This document shows positions 12,590 through 23,593 of a stretch of 33,521 bases of DNA, in pieces. Position 1 is the first letter of the stretch, and each line of letters begins with the position of its first letter. The notes below the pieces were generated by a model. It searched no databases, was not told the origin of the DNA, and saw only the letters and a list, made by a program, of their open reading frames with translations. Source of the DNA: Octopus bimaculoides (Eukaryota); the NCBI RefSeq assembly GCF_001194135.2, contig NC_068995.1:31195610-31229130 (forward strand), in the 5' to 3' direction. The position numbers and the translations under genes are program-made.

Positions 12590-12840
12590 ATGAAGACAAA
12601 CCAGCTGGCATTATGTACGTCCAGCCCATGCCAGTGTGGAAGGTAGACATTAAATGATGAGGATGATGATATATATATATATATATAAGTCCACTCTGCT
12701 GGGTGGTTGGTGCTAAGAAGGATATCCAGCTGTAAAAATCCTGCCAAAACAGTCACAGAAATCTGGTGCAGGCTTCTGCCTGGCTGGCTCCTTTTGAACC
12801 GTCACACCCATGCCAGCATGGAAGGTGGACGTTAAACGCT
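12590..12840 (+). mobile_element. Two short copies of the RTE-like 3' end, in opposite orientation to 31250
   Basis: cccatgccagYRtggaaggtRgacRttaaa occurs at about 12625 and 12808; gttggtgctaagaaggatatccagctgtaaaa at about 12706. Confidence 0.6.
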
Positions 12841-14021
12841 TATATATACATTTTGCTCACACATATGCATAAACATTTCTCCACTTCAGTTAATGTAGTG
12901 TTAAACCAACTATTTAACATTTAACGGAGACAACATTTATTCAAGTGAAGTGACAAGGGAGACCGATGATAAGTCATTCATTTGTTCAGGGCTGTAAGTA
13001 CTAGATATGTACTGGGGAAATGGTCTCTCCTCTTCATTGGTAAATTTATGGCCTTATACCAAAAGACTCTAAAATAAAAATATAATCTGGAGAAATATTT
13101 GTAAAGAGGAATATCACAGAAACCATACCACCATTTTGACTTTCAAAGAGCATAAGTATTTTCATATTTCTTTTATTTATTTGTTTATATTGAATGTGGA
13201 ACTGTTAGGTTGCTGCTATGTTGGGGGAGGGGTGAAGAGATACTGCTACACGAGAGAGCGAGAGAGAGATTGGTATAAATGTGCAAAGTTTATTCTGTGT
13301 AAGCTGCCACTGTAAAAACATGTTTGTATTCTATTTGTTGTAGTTTGGTTGTGTGTAAAGTAAAAAAAGCTAACAACAAGCGGTGGCCTATTTTCAAGGA
13401 TAACTAGTCGACTAGTCGCAGCTGGTTGGTTGGGAACATTAGAAATAAGAGAAAAGAAACTCATTTAAACACTTTTTTATATACTGACTACAAAAGCCTG
13501 TTTACATGCAGATCTATGAAAATACTTAACTCAAACAGAACAGTTTATAAACACACCATACCAAACATATCTATAAACACACCATATACACCACAGTAAA
13601 TAAATATACTATGATGGCTTTCCTAATTAATTAATTGCTAATTCTAGGTTAATATGATATCAAACACTAGGGGTGAGGAAAGAACTGAATTTTATGTGAA
13701 GGCTATATTAATGAAACTGAGTGTTTTTTTGGGAGGTTTTTTTTTTTTTTTCCAGTGTGAAAATTCAAATTGATAAAATTGAAAAAAAATTTCTTGAACC
13801 AAGAAAAATTTTAGATTCTCGCTTTACTTTACAGCTAAATATTAGCTGTTTAAATTTTAAATGAATAGAATAAAAAATGAAAAAAACTGACTCTCCACAC
13901 CTCCAATATTTTGTCTTTATAGGATTGTTAAAATCATGTGAAACAGCAGAAAAATCTAGGAAGGATTTAAAAGAAACCAAAACCAAAGTTGAAAAATGAA
14001 ACCACAAAATTTGAAACTTAC

Positions 14022-14204
14022 TTCTATATGTGATTTGTTTATCAACCATGGCCTATGGGCAAGCAATTTATTAATTTCATAAAGATCTCGTAGTTTCTGT
14101 GGGATGTAATCCAACCCTTTCAACCAATCGGCATTACCGCTCTGTAACAGGAACTCAGTAGCTTGAAGTTGAATGAGGTAGGAACACTTGTGTCGACCAG
14201 CAGC
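14022..14204 (-). CDS. SESN: Sestrin exon ([10 protein letters not shown]...[19 protein letters not shown]), containing the catalytic-Cys motif
   Basis: Not in the ORF track; translated by hand. aatgtag acceptor, GAA|GTAAGT donor, 183 nt, phase 0/0. Contains the hallmark RHxCSYL and [12 protein letters not shown] motifs. Confidence 0.97.
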
Positions 14205-14799
14205 CTACATTGGAAGGAACAACAAAGTTTATTAGACTGACTTTACTAAGCCTTATTTAATCATAAATTTAATAAATTAATAATTGAAAACTATATTTTC
14301 TGAAAAAAATATGGCAGCCAAATGGTTGAATTTCCTTTTTCTTACACAAACAGATTTATATAGCGTGATGAAGAGGGGAAATGAGGTTTTGTGTCTTGAA
14401 GTTACTAAGACCATTTCATTAGCATATTCTTTGTTATATACTACAGCATTCAATTCTACATTTGTTGTAGATGATCTTAGCAACAAACAATACAACTTTC
14501 ACAGTTCACAGGGCTGGCCAATTCTTTCCACCATGATAGTTTTAAAATTCAATTTTCCATGCTTGTACAAGTCAAGATGGAATTTGTTGAAGCAGATTTC
14601 CAATGGCCAGATGCCCTTCTCATTGCCAGCCCTAACCTGTTTCAAGAAAGGTAATAATACTTTCCTTTCTCCATGGCCACATATGTTTTGTATGGAAGAT
14701 TGGAAATGAATAATGCTCCTTTACAACCATTGCATTATATCAAGACAAAGGGACACAAAAACACATATATCTATATATGCATACATACATACATATACA

Positions 14800-14932
14800 A
14801 GATGAGCTTCATTCAGTTTCCACTCACCAAATCCAGCCATAAGACTGCATTTGTTTCCTGGGGCTACAATAGAAGACACTAGCCCAAGGTGAGGTGCAAT
14901 GTGAAATCACAGTTGGGAAGCAGGCCACTTAA
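14800..14932 (-). mobile_element. 5' fragment of the same CORE-type SINE
   Basis: ttcagtttcc...accaaatcc...agaagacactagcccaagg...gttgggaagca, paralleling 32130-32295. Confidence 0.6.
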
Positions 14933-15289
14933 TTAAAAATAAAGGGTACACAGCAGTTGTTTCAAAAAAGCTCACAGGCCCTTCTTACACACACACTTTA
15001 AAGGATAGGATGATCATAGCTGGAATATCTGAAGTTGGGATTAAACAACAACAATAACCTGTAAGCAAATGATGGTAGTAGTATTTGAGCACATGACTTG
15101 GAGATGAAAATTCTGTGCTGCATCTATTTAGCAGCTTCTGTTGACCAGCAAACAGAACTTGAGAATTTAAAAACAAAGGATTTTCATGCTTTAGAGAAAA
15201 TGAAAAAATAAAGAAAAAAGACGAAAAGTTTTTTTGTTTTTTTTTCCAGAATGTCTTGAGTTGTTAAATGATGAAGAAGAAATACTTAC

Positions 15290-15460
15290 CATTATTGCTA
15301 TATAATGTCTATATGCAAATGGTAATGGTCCATCAGCTCTCATTAAATGATTCTGAGTCTTGAGAAAACATTCTAAATACTTTGTATGGTAAGCCATCAG
15401 GTGTGTTATGTAATCAGAACGATTGTTTGTGATAAACGCATTCACAAAAAGAGTGCGTGT
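15290..15460 (-). CDS. SESN: Sestrin exon (TRTLFVNAF...DGPLPFAYRHYIAIM)
   Basis: ttctttcag acceptor and ATG|GTAAGT donor. 171 nt, phase 0/0. Contains the sestrin motif DGPLP..YRHYIAIM. Confidence 0.96.
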
Positions 15461-16429
15461 CTGAAAGAACAAGAGAAAAACAACATCCAGTACATGAAAT
15501 ATGCAAATAAAAAAAATTAAAAAAAACTTTCCTAATTCCCCCAAAACTTGGATATGTTGAAGTATAATGGAGATTACTTCCCTACCAAGTAAGGCATTTT
15601 AGCATTTCTGGCTTCATCTTGCTTGAAAGTTCTAGAACCTAGAGTGTAGTACAGAAGCAGTAGCAAGGGCAACCAACTGGAAAAATCAGTTAGTAAATTT
15701 TTTAAAAAAAGTAAAAATTATAGGAATTTACTAAAACTTTAGTAATTTTGAGTAAAATTTATTGATCCTTCAATAACAATCAAGTTTAATGTTTTTGTCA
15801 CACAACTATAGCCATGCTGGAACACCAACCAGTTTCTTTCAATTGTTCTGCATCTGTTTCATTTTATTTTACAAATTTGAACATTTGCATATTGTTTGTC
15901 AGCCAGGCAAACTGAAACAAGCAGAGTTATGTACCTTACATTCAGGAGAACCAATAACCTAAAAATATTGAAAGGAGTTTCATAGAGTGGAAATTACAGC
16001 CACTTTATATAAAACATTGTTAATAGAAATATGTGTTCTAATTACAATGATTTCTGGTAGGCTGAAGAAAAAAGAACCACGTAACATGTCATGGGAATAA
16101 GGTAAAACTCTTTTGGAAGGTTGACAGGTCAACTGAACAACCCCAAATTACAGGAATTTGAAGAACTACAATCAGTAACATTGCTGACAGTTACTGTGGA
16201 AGGTATTTCATTCCCTAATTGAGTTTACACAGGCAGCAGTGGTTTCTTCCTACCTATCCAAGTGGAAAATTTCAACGGAATAAGATTCCTAACATCAAGC
16301 TATTTAGAAATTAGAAAAATAATTCTGCATGTAAGCAGTATTCTATCCAATATTGTTTTAGATAGATGCTTGGCTGGAAAAAACCAAGTAAATTGAACAG
16401 AAAAATGGCAGATATTGGCAATAGGATTG

Positions 16430-16560
16430 GTGGAATCAGTAATGTAGCACACAAAATTGAAGTAATTAATCACAACTTTGTATGTTCTGAGTTCAAATCC
16501 CACCTTTCATTTCATCCTTCTGTAGTTGGTAGATCCAATGGTTCTTCCATACCAAATATT
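16430..16560 (+). mobile_element. Degenerate SINE 5' half
   Basis: tatgttctgagttcaaatcc...tttcatccttc, matching the SINE body at 17364-17576 in opposite orientation. Confidence 0.5.
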
Positions 16561-17363
16561 AGTGGCTTGTACCAATGTAAGAAATCAATATTACATAAAA
16601 GGGTAGAAGATGACATGGCACAAAATTCCTTGTGGTTATGGCTCTTTTACATCCTGAGTTCAAATCTCATGAATGTTGAATAAAATCAATATAAAATCAA
16701 TAGTGTTTCTCTGACAGAAATCAATATTATGTAGATGAGACTTTATTTTTGTAGTTTGAAATCTTATTGCAATGAACTCAATTGTAAAAGAAATATTAGC
16801 AGGAAGATGACTGTACATCTACTGCTGTTCAATACATTCTAACAGTTCAGCTAGTTGTTGTTTGTCCCCAGTCAAGCAGTGCCATAAACAAAGACATTCT
16901 ATCTGTACCCAACCCTTTTTTCCTATAAGATAGTGGGGGTGCCATTTCTAGCATGCAGAGTGACTCCTTGGCGGTATGGTGGTTGGTTTATTTACCTATC
17001 AGGAAGGCTGAGGGAAAACATCAGCAAGAAATGTAACCTAGGAGAGAGACTGGCAGCAGTCTACAATCACCTAAATGAACTACCAGGTGAATAGGGAAGC
17101 TAAGCTTGGGATCACCTTAAAACCATTCCATGGATTAGTCAGTAGTGATTAATTAGATTTTAATTAGACAGCAAAATCAAGTGACCATTAAAGAAAGAAA
17201 AAAACCCACAAATACTGACTACATACAGGACCTTATAATTTATAGGAGGGAGTGATGAAAGTGTTTTTTTCTAAAGATAGAATGAATTGAAACCAGCTTG
17301 ACATTGGCAGCCCTCACCTAGTGCTAACCTCACAATTTACTTAATCTTTGAAGTATAATATTA

Positions 17364-17576
17364 GCTTCAAATTTTGGCACAATCCAGCAAGTTCGGGGGC
17401 TGGGTGGGGGAGTCAATTACATTGACCCCCAGAGCTCAACTGGTACTTATTTTATTAGCCCCGAAAAGAAGAAAGGCAAAGTCAACCTTGGCGGAATTTG
17501 AACTCAGAATGTGTAGACGGATGAAATGCCGCTAAGTATTTTGCCTGGTGTGCTCATGATACTGCTAGCTCACCAC
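17364..17576 (-). mobile_element. Full-length tRNA-derived Octopus-type SINE
   Basis: Minus strand reads GGTGAGCTAGCAG...GTTCTGAGTTCAAATTCCGCC...GACTTTGCCTTTC...AATAAAATAAGTACCAG...GCCAAAATTTGAAG. Has a B-box-like GAGTTCAAAT, and the same body recurs at 27885-28100. Family name not verified. Confidence 0.85.
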
Positions 17577-18472
17577 TTTACTGTTTGAAGTAATATTAAA
17601 GCCAAAAATCAAACACTGAATCCAATTCCATTTATTATTGGAAAAGAAATAAACAAGAACTTTTAACTGTTAAGTTAATTCACAGATTTTAAAAGATGAG
17701 AAAGACTATAAAGATAGTAATAGGATAATTTAATGAAACCTGTGGAGTGAGTGAGAGTGTGCATGTGTAACAGTAAATACCGCCATCGTTAGAGAGCGGT
17801 CTATATGTGTGTGTTTAACTCTATATCACAACCAGCTGTTCCAAGACATCAACATTGCAACATTAAGTTCTGACAGTCCAGAACTGATCAACCAATATAA
17901 AATTTTTTAAAATATGAAATTGTTCACACACGCACATACTGTTAATTCACTGGAGATAAATTATCAATACAATGATATTTCTAATACAAATTTGAAGTCC
18001 CTACAACAGAAATATCTTTCCCTTCAAGGTGAACTTGGCTTTCCTAATCAAGAAAAAACATAAAAGAAAACCCACTAAAGTTGCAAATATTTGGGGTAGC
18101 CTCCCATCCATAAACACCTTTAAGTAAATCTTTGGGTTCTTTTATGTTTGACATAGAGAGTGTCTGTGTATAGACTGTTATTCACTCCCACCTTCTTTTA
18201 TATGGTTAATTAGCCTACACGTTTATACCTTTTTTTACATTCTCCTTAGAGTGGGAGATCAAGATATAGGGTTAGAGTGCTGTGGGACATATTTACTGTC
18301 AGTACACTGAGGGAACAAAGAGCCCTTGGAGAAGGGAGCAATCAGGACATCTCATCTGGAACTAAACTAGTTCTAGAAATTGGCAAGAAATGGTAAACAC
18401 TGGTGTCTTTTAATAACAACTGTAACTACTCCTAAGTGGAGAAATGTCAACAGAAAGGAAACTTCTGTGAGA

Positions 18473-18641
18473 GTTGCTTGATCTTCTAGAAATAACAATC
18501 AAAGTTGCTTGATCTTCTAGAAATAACAATCAAAGTTGCTTGATCTTCTAGNNNNNNNNNNCTAGAAATAACAATCAAAGTTGCTTGATCTTCTAGAAAT
18601 AACAATCAAAGTTGCTTGATCTTCTAGAAATAACAATCAAA
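18473..18641 (+). repeat. Perfect 31-bp tandem repeat (GTTGCTTGATCTTCTAGAAATAACAATCAAA)n spanning a 10-N gap
   Basis: Identical units at 18473, 18504 and 18535, and two more full units plus a partial one after the gap (18552-18561). It sits inside an interspersed 'ctagaaatagc' family copy that extends to about 18710. Confidence 0.9.
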
Positions 18642-19214
18642 TTTCCTTCAAAACACAGCCCACTTTGTTTCCTATTTTAAAGAGGAACACATTGGACAAT
18701 GTAGTTCAAGATACTTCAGAGGGTCAGTTCTCAAGTCTTCAATCTTTGCTATTTTGTAACCCCTAACGTATGGCTTTATCAATTCCTTTCAGGTCCAGTG
18801 TAAAATTAACAGTAAAATTACAATTTAATTCTTTGGTCATTAATAATATCCCAAAGAAATGGCGTCAATAGAATTATTGAAAAAATTTACTTGAAAAATA
18901 TATAAGAAACAAGGCAAATGACATTAATATATAAAACCTAGTTTCCTTTTGTTTTATAGAGAATTTACTAAATAAATCAAGATAAATGAAAAAAAAATAT
19001 TATCGATTATTATTAAATCTATAATTAAGCTAGCAAACAAACAGCAGCAACTGTATCAGTTCACTAGCAAAAGAACTGTGTCAAAGCATTAACAATGGCC
19101 ATATATTATAATAATTAATGCAAAATCTACCACAATGACGTTTGTATATAAAATGAATAAATTAGCTTTAAAAAGAGTTAACTTAATGAAAGATCGGTTT
19201 TCAATTAGAGTAGG

Positions 19215-19335
19215 GCAGAGTGGATTGACCTTGTACCCCTACCGTACGAGAACTGATCCCTATTTTATAGATCACAGAGCCATATAAAAGGAAGAATTCG
19301 ATGCTGACCGAAAGTTTGTACTTAGGACGAACATA
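19215..19335 (-). mobile_element. Highly degenerate SINE fragment
   Basis: Residual similarity to the SINE body (tattttatagatc...gaaagtttgtacttaggacg). Confidence 0.35.
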
Positions 19336-19506
19336 TATCTGTATACAAATCAACCCCGGTACGTTACGATACATTTTAGTTATCCGGTACGTTAAGAAAG
19401 GTACATTACATCGACCCTGCTATGTTATGGTACATTTTAATGACACTTCAGATATACAAAACGTTAATAAGAAGGAGCATAACTAGTTTGATGATGATTC
19501 TTCCAG

Positions 19507-19640
19507 ACGTTAACAAGGGCATAACTACAGTTTGGGGACTCCTTTAAGGCAGTAACAAGAGCGGGTATAACTACAGTTTGGGAACCCCTAAGACGTTAAC
19601 AAAAAAAGGGGTTAACTACAGTTAGGTGACCCCCCCCACT
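19507..19640 (+). repeat. Three imperfect ~46-bp tandem units with core TAACTACAGTT
   Basis: Core at 19522, 19568 and 19613, each preceded by gttaacaa/agtaacaa plus a G-run and followed by a G-run then a C-run. Confidence 0.7.
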
Positions 19641-20543
19641 TAAATTCTCTGAATTTTGCAGACCAATGTTTGAAAGGTGGAAGTGACGATAAAGTATTCA
19701 GTAATTTGAGTAATTTCCATTTGTATTGCAGTAAATAAAGTAAAATTTCGCATTGATAATGACTGAATGGCTAAAAGGGATGTGGACAGGATTTTATTTC
19801 CGTCAATTTATCATAGTAGCCATCACCTATATCTTCGAAAGTGGAGCTCTGAAATTTAATTAAAAGTTCCACGGTAACTCAATCGAAGGGACATCAAACT
19901 AAATATGCTAAGGGGTGGGGAGAACAATTATCCATGGACTCCTATATCCTATTGAGTTTATAATTACCAAGAATCCCCAATTAATTACGGCAAGTGAATT
20001 AAATGTGACAATATTTCGTTTTCGAAAGATCGCCTTAAATGTTTGAATATTGTACCAAATGCCAATGCCACAGAATCTTTCTGTAACCCTCCCAGCCTTT
20101 TTCTTTTTTTGCCCTTATGCATTATAAAATAAATTTACACATTAAATTCTATAATTTCCATTTGATTAGCTAACAAAAATACTCCTAAGCAATTAAGATT
20201 ATCAATTATATTTTATAAGAAGAAGAAAAATAATAACATGATTCGCGTTTTAATTTATGTTAAATCAAAGAGAGAAAGAGAGAATATGGGCAATAGAAGA
20301 ACGTGTAAGATTCCACATCAAGTTTTTCTCTGTGGAAATTTCCAAGCTTGGCATCAAAGCCGTCCCCTCTTTGGTGCTGCTGCTCAGTAAAGAGAGAGGG
20401 ACGGGGAGAGTGAGGAATGGTAAAGAAGAGAAAATATAAAGAGAGAGAGAGAGAGAGAGAGAGAGCAACAAGAAGAAAGGTAAAATATAATAATAATAAA
20501 CTGTGAGTGCATGGAGAGTTGCTGCTTACTTTTGTCTATCAGG

Positions 20544-20600
20544 CTATATAACGTGAATGCGACCAATGAAAATGCAGTTACCGAATTGGTCAGCCAATCA
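20544..20600. promoter_or_regulatory. Intronic CCAAT/NF-Y box cluster with adjacent TATATAG
   Basis: CCAAT at 20563 and at 20594 (AGCCAATCAG, full NF-Y consensus), ATTGG at 20585, and TATATAG on the minus strand at 20550-20544. Flanked by GA-rich tracts. Confidence 0.4.
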
Positions 20601-21594
20601 GAACGCTTGGCTATACTTAGCACTGACAACAGCAATCTCCAAGCTGGAAAATAAAAAGCAGAGAGAGAGGGAGAGAGAGAAAGAGAGACTGTAATGGGCA
20701 GGAGCGAGAAGAGGAAAGAGACTAACAACTACACAGAGAGAGAGAAAGTGGATGTAAGGAACAAAAAGAGGAGAGAGGGAGGAGAGAAGGTACAGTGCAC
20801 CCTGCCGCCGCTCCGACACCAATATTATACCCCCTTCTCCAACATTAACTTCCAATACAGAATTTACTCAACACTGTTCCTTTTTATTCTTTATTATGTA
20901 CTCATATTTGTACTAATATTCCTTTTTGTTACCTCGCAAAAAATCCTTCCTTTCCCCTCTCATATTCTTTCTCTCTCTCACAGATATTTCTTTTCATATT
21001 TCTTATTAATCTCTCCTTTTCTTTTTACATTCCCCCACCCTACCTATGCAACTGATTTTCTTCCATATCAGCCACAAGCACGAAAACCGAAGACTTGGTT
21101 ATTGATTTCTCATGCACACAAACAAAACTAACCGAGGCGAGGAACCTAAACTCAGGAAGAAGGGGAGGATGAGTGATCTCTCTCTTAATTACTCGTCAGG
21201 CCAAGATTTAATCAGCGCACAGAGCAGAAATGACAAGGAGTTACAGCTGATTGGAAGGAGAGGATAAATGAATAGAGAAGGAGAGAAACTGAAAGGTGAA
21301 GAAGAAAAAGAGGGGTAGAAGCGAGAGGTAAGGCTGAAAGAGAGAGAAATGTAAAAGAAAAAAGTGAAAGAAGATTTCAGTGGGGATTTTCCAGATGTAA
21401 AGAACCCTGATAACCTTATATCACAACCACATGTACGTAGTTTCTCAAGATTCTCCCTAGCCACATTCTATTATATATACAACATAGAAATGTTGATTGG
21501 TGATAAATCTATACCCGAGAAAAAGTAGAGTTGGAGAGATATTAATTACAAAGGAAAAGTAGATGAAAATGATAAAAAAAATGTATATAATTAC

Positions 21595-21624
21595 CTCCTC
21601 GTTTGTTGTGTCAACTGGTACAAC
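21595..21624 (-). CDS. SESN: Probable 30-nt sestrin microexon (VVPVDTTNEE)
   Basis: Minus strand reads ttttaattattgttcacag|GTTGTACCAGTTGACACAACAAACGAGGAG|gtaatt. Phase 0/0, no stop. VVPVDTTNEE+TRTLFV resembles the vertebrate SESN3 stretch VVQANTVDERTNFLV. Confidence 0.62.
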
Positions 21625-22309
21625 CTGTGAACAATAATTAAAAGACCGAACAATTAGAATATATCAACTGCTGATTGTATATATGGGTATATATATATAT
21701 ATATATATAGTTTGTATGCATATATATACATATATACATGTGAAGCAAATTATAAACCTAAAGCAATTTAATAAAGACAAGCTTCTGTATTGATGTTTGA
21801 TGGGAATGTTTAATAAGATACGATTAAAAGCCGTAGGCCACTTGTACTTCTCAGCAAAACAATAGTGATGGACAAGTGGTCATCTAAAATTATGTAATAT
21901 AATTATAGCAGCTGTCGCAAATTGCTCCAGTTTGAACATTTAATTTTTTTTTCCTCCGACTGAAATCGTTTAGAAGCCAAGACAAGAGGACACAAAGGGA
22001 CACACTTGACAACATCCATTTCCCAGCAGTGGATCTATGGAATTGCGGTAATATACTCCAGGGTAATTTTATCAGGTAAAGAGCAACAAACTGGTCAAGT
22101 AGAGAAGATAGATTGGTCAGGGTACCATAACGTTTCATTAATTAATAACTATCAATCAATTCTAATGTCACTAAATTAGATCTTGGGGTCTCTTTAGGAG
22201 CGAACTCACAAGAGACGACCAGCTCCAAATATTTTTCGGCATTTTCTTGGATTGGGTTCGTCTTTAAACACTGCAGATGTAGAGAATTTCAACGAGGAGT
22301 CTTTATGTG

Positions 22310-22480
22310 GTCGCTAGAGTAACTAGAAATAGCAACCTACACTTTACCTTTAAAACAGGTAACACATTGGTTAATATATAGTTCGGGGTGCACTATGTCT
22401 AGAAACAGATAGGATGGGCACCACTGGAACGTTTTGACCACAGTTCAATTTAATTGGGGCCCGACTGCACGCTTGAACAC
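22310..22480. mobile_element. Interspersed 'ctagaaatagc' repeat family copy; related copies at about 16850-16990, 27360-27550 and 29165-29460
   Basis: Shared blocks ctagaaatagca / acacattgg / atgaccatc...tcttttt in both orientations. Family identity unknown. Confidence 0.5.
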
Positions 22481-22623
22481 AAACATGTAGCGAGGCTACA
22501 AGATAAATCGGACTATTTTTCACCAAGATATTAAGCCGGCTTTCATAAAGATTGTAATAAACAACGCCTGAGGCATATATATCCATAACTATATGTATGT
22601 TTTGTGTACGTGTGTGTGTGTGT

Positions 22624-22671
<48 letters not shown>

Positions 22672-23353
22672 NNNNNNNNNNNNNNNNNNNNNNNNNNNNN
22701 NNNNNNNNNNNNNNNNNNNNNNNNNNNNNNNNNNNNNNNNNNNNNNNNNNNNNNNNNNNNNNNNNNNNNNNNNNNNNNNNNNNNNNNNNNNNNNNNNNNN
22801 NNNNNNNNNNNNNNNNNNNNNNNNNNNNNNNNNNNNNNNNNNNNNNNNNNNNNNNNNNNNNNNNNNNNNNNNNNNNNNNNNNNNNNNNNNNNNNNNNNNN
22901 NNNNNNNNNNNNNNNNNNNNNNNNNNNNNNNNNNNNNNNNNNNNNNNNNNNNNNNNNNNNNNNNNNNNNNNNNNNNNNNNNNNNNNNNNNNNNNNNNNNN
23001 NNNNNNNNNNNNNNNNNNNNNNNNNNNNNNNNNNNNNNNNNNNNNNNNNNNNNNNNNNNNNNNNNNNNNNNNNNNNNNNNNNNNNNNNNNNNNNNNNNNN
23101 NNNNNNNNNNNNNNNNNNNNNNNNNNNNNNNNNNNNNNNNNNNNNNNNNNNNNNNNNNNNNNNNNNNNNNNNNNNNNNNNNNNNNNNNNNNNNNNNNNNN
23201 NNNNNNNNNNNNNNNNNNNNNNNNNNNNNNNNNNNNNNNNNNNNNNNNNNNNNNNNNNNNNNNNNNNNNNNNNNNNNNNNNNNNNNNNNNNNNNNNNNNN
23301 NNNNNNNNNNNNNNNNNNNNNNNNNNNNNNNNNNNNNNNNNNNNNNNNNNNNN
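22672..23353. other. Assembly gap (N) inside sestrin intron 1
   Basis: N run following an (AT)n tract. Confidence 1.
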
Positions 23354-23556
23354 TAGAACGGTAAGTAATTATAATTCAATCAAATTTAAGACGTCAAGTG
23401 TAGAGGGGATGATCAATATTGATAGAGAACAAGGAAATGTTTTAGACAAATTTTTGTCAAATGAGACAGAAGACGAAAAGTAACACGGCAAATTTATTCT
23501 AAATTTACCCAACAGTAAAATAATGTTAGAAAAATAAGAAACTGCCTTGGTTTCTC

Positions 23557-23593
<37 letters not shown>

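Noticed and set aside
10685-18400. Scattered FoxO-type GTAAACA motifs (about 10692, 13499, 18393)
   Set aside because: Isolated, unclustered 7-mers are expected at this frequency in AT-rich DNA, even though FoxO regulates sestrins in other animals.
18473-18641. 31-bp direct repeats resembling a CRISPR array
   Set aside because: Units are contiguous with no spacers, the context is a eukaryotic intron, and there are no cas genes.
20525-20728. AAAA|GTAAGC donor-like site at 20530 with an upstream ORF (20384-20728)
   Set aside because: In that frame the donor is phase 1, incompatible with the phase-0 acceptor at 15460, and the ORF is largely CT-repeat translation.
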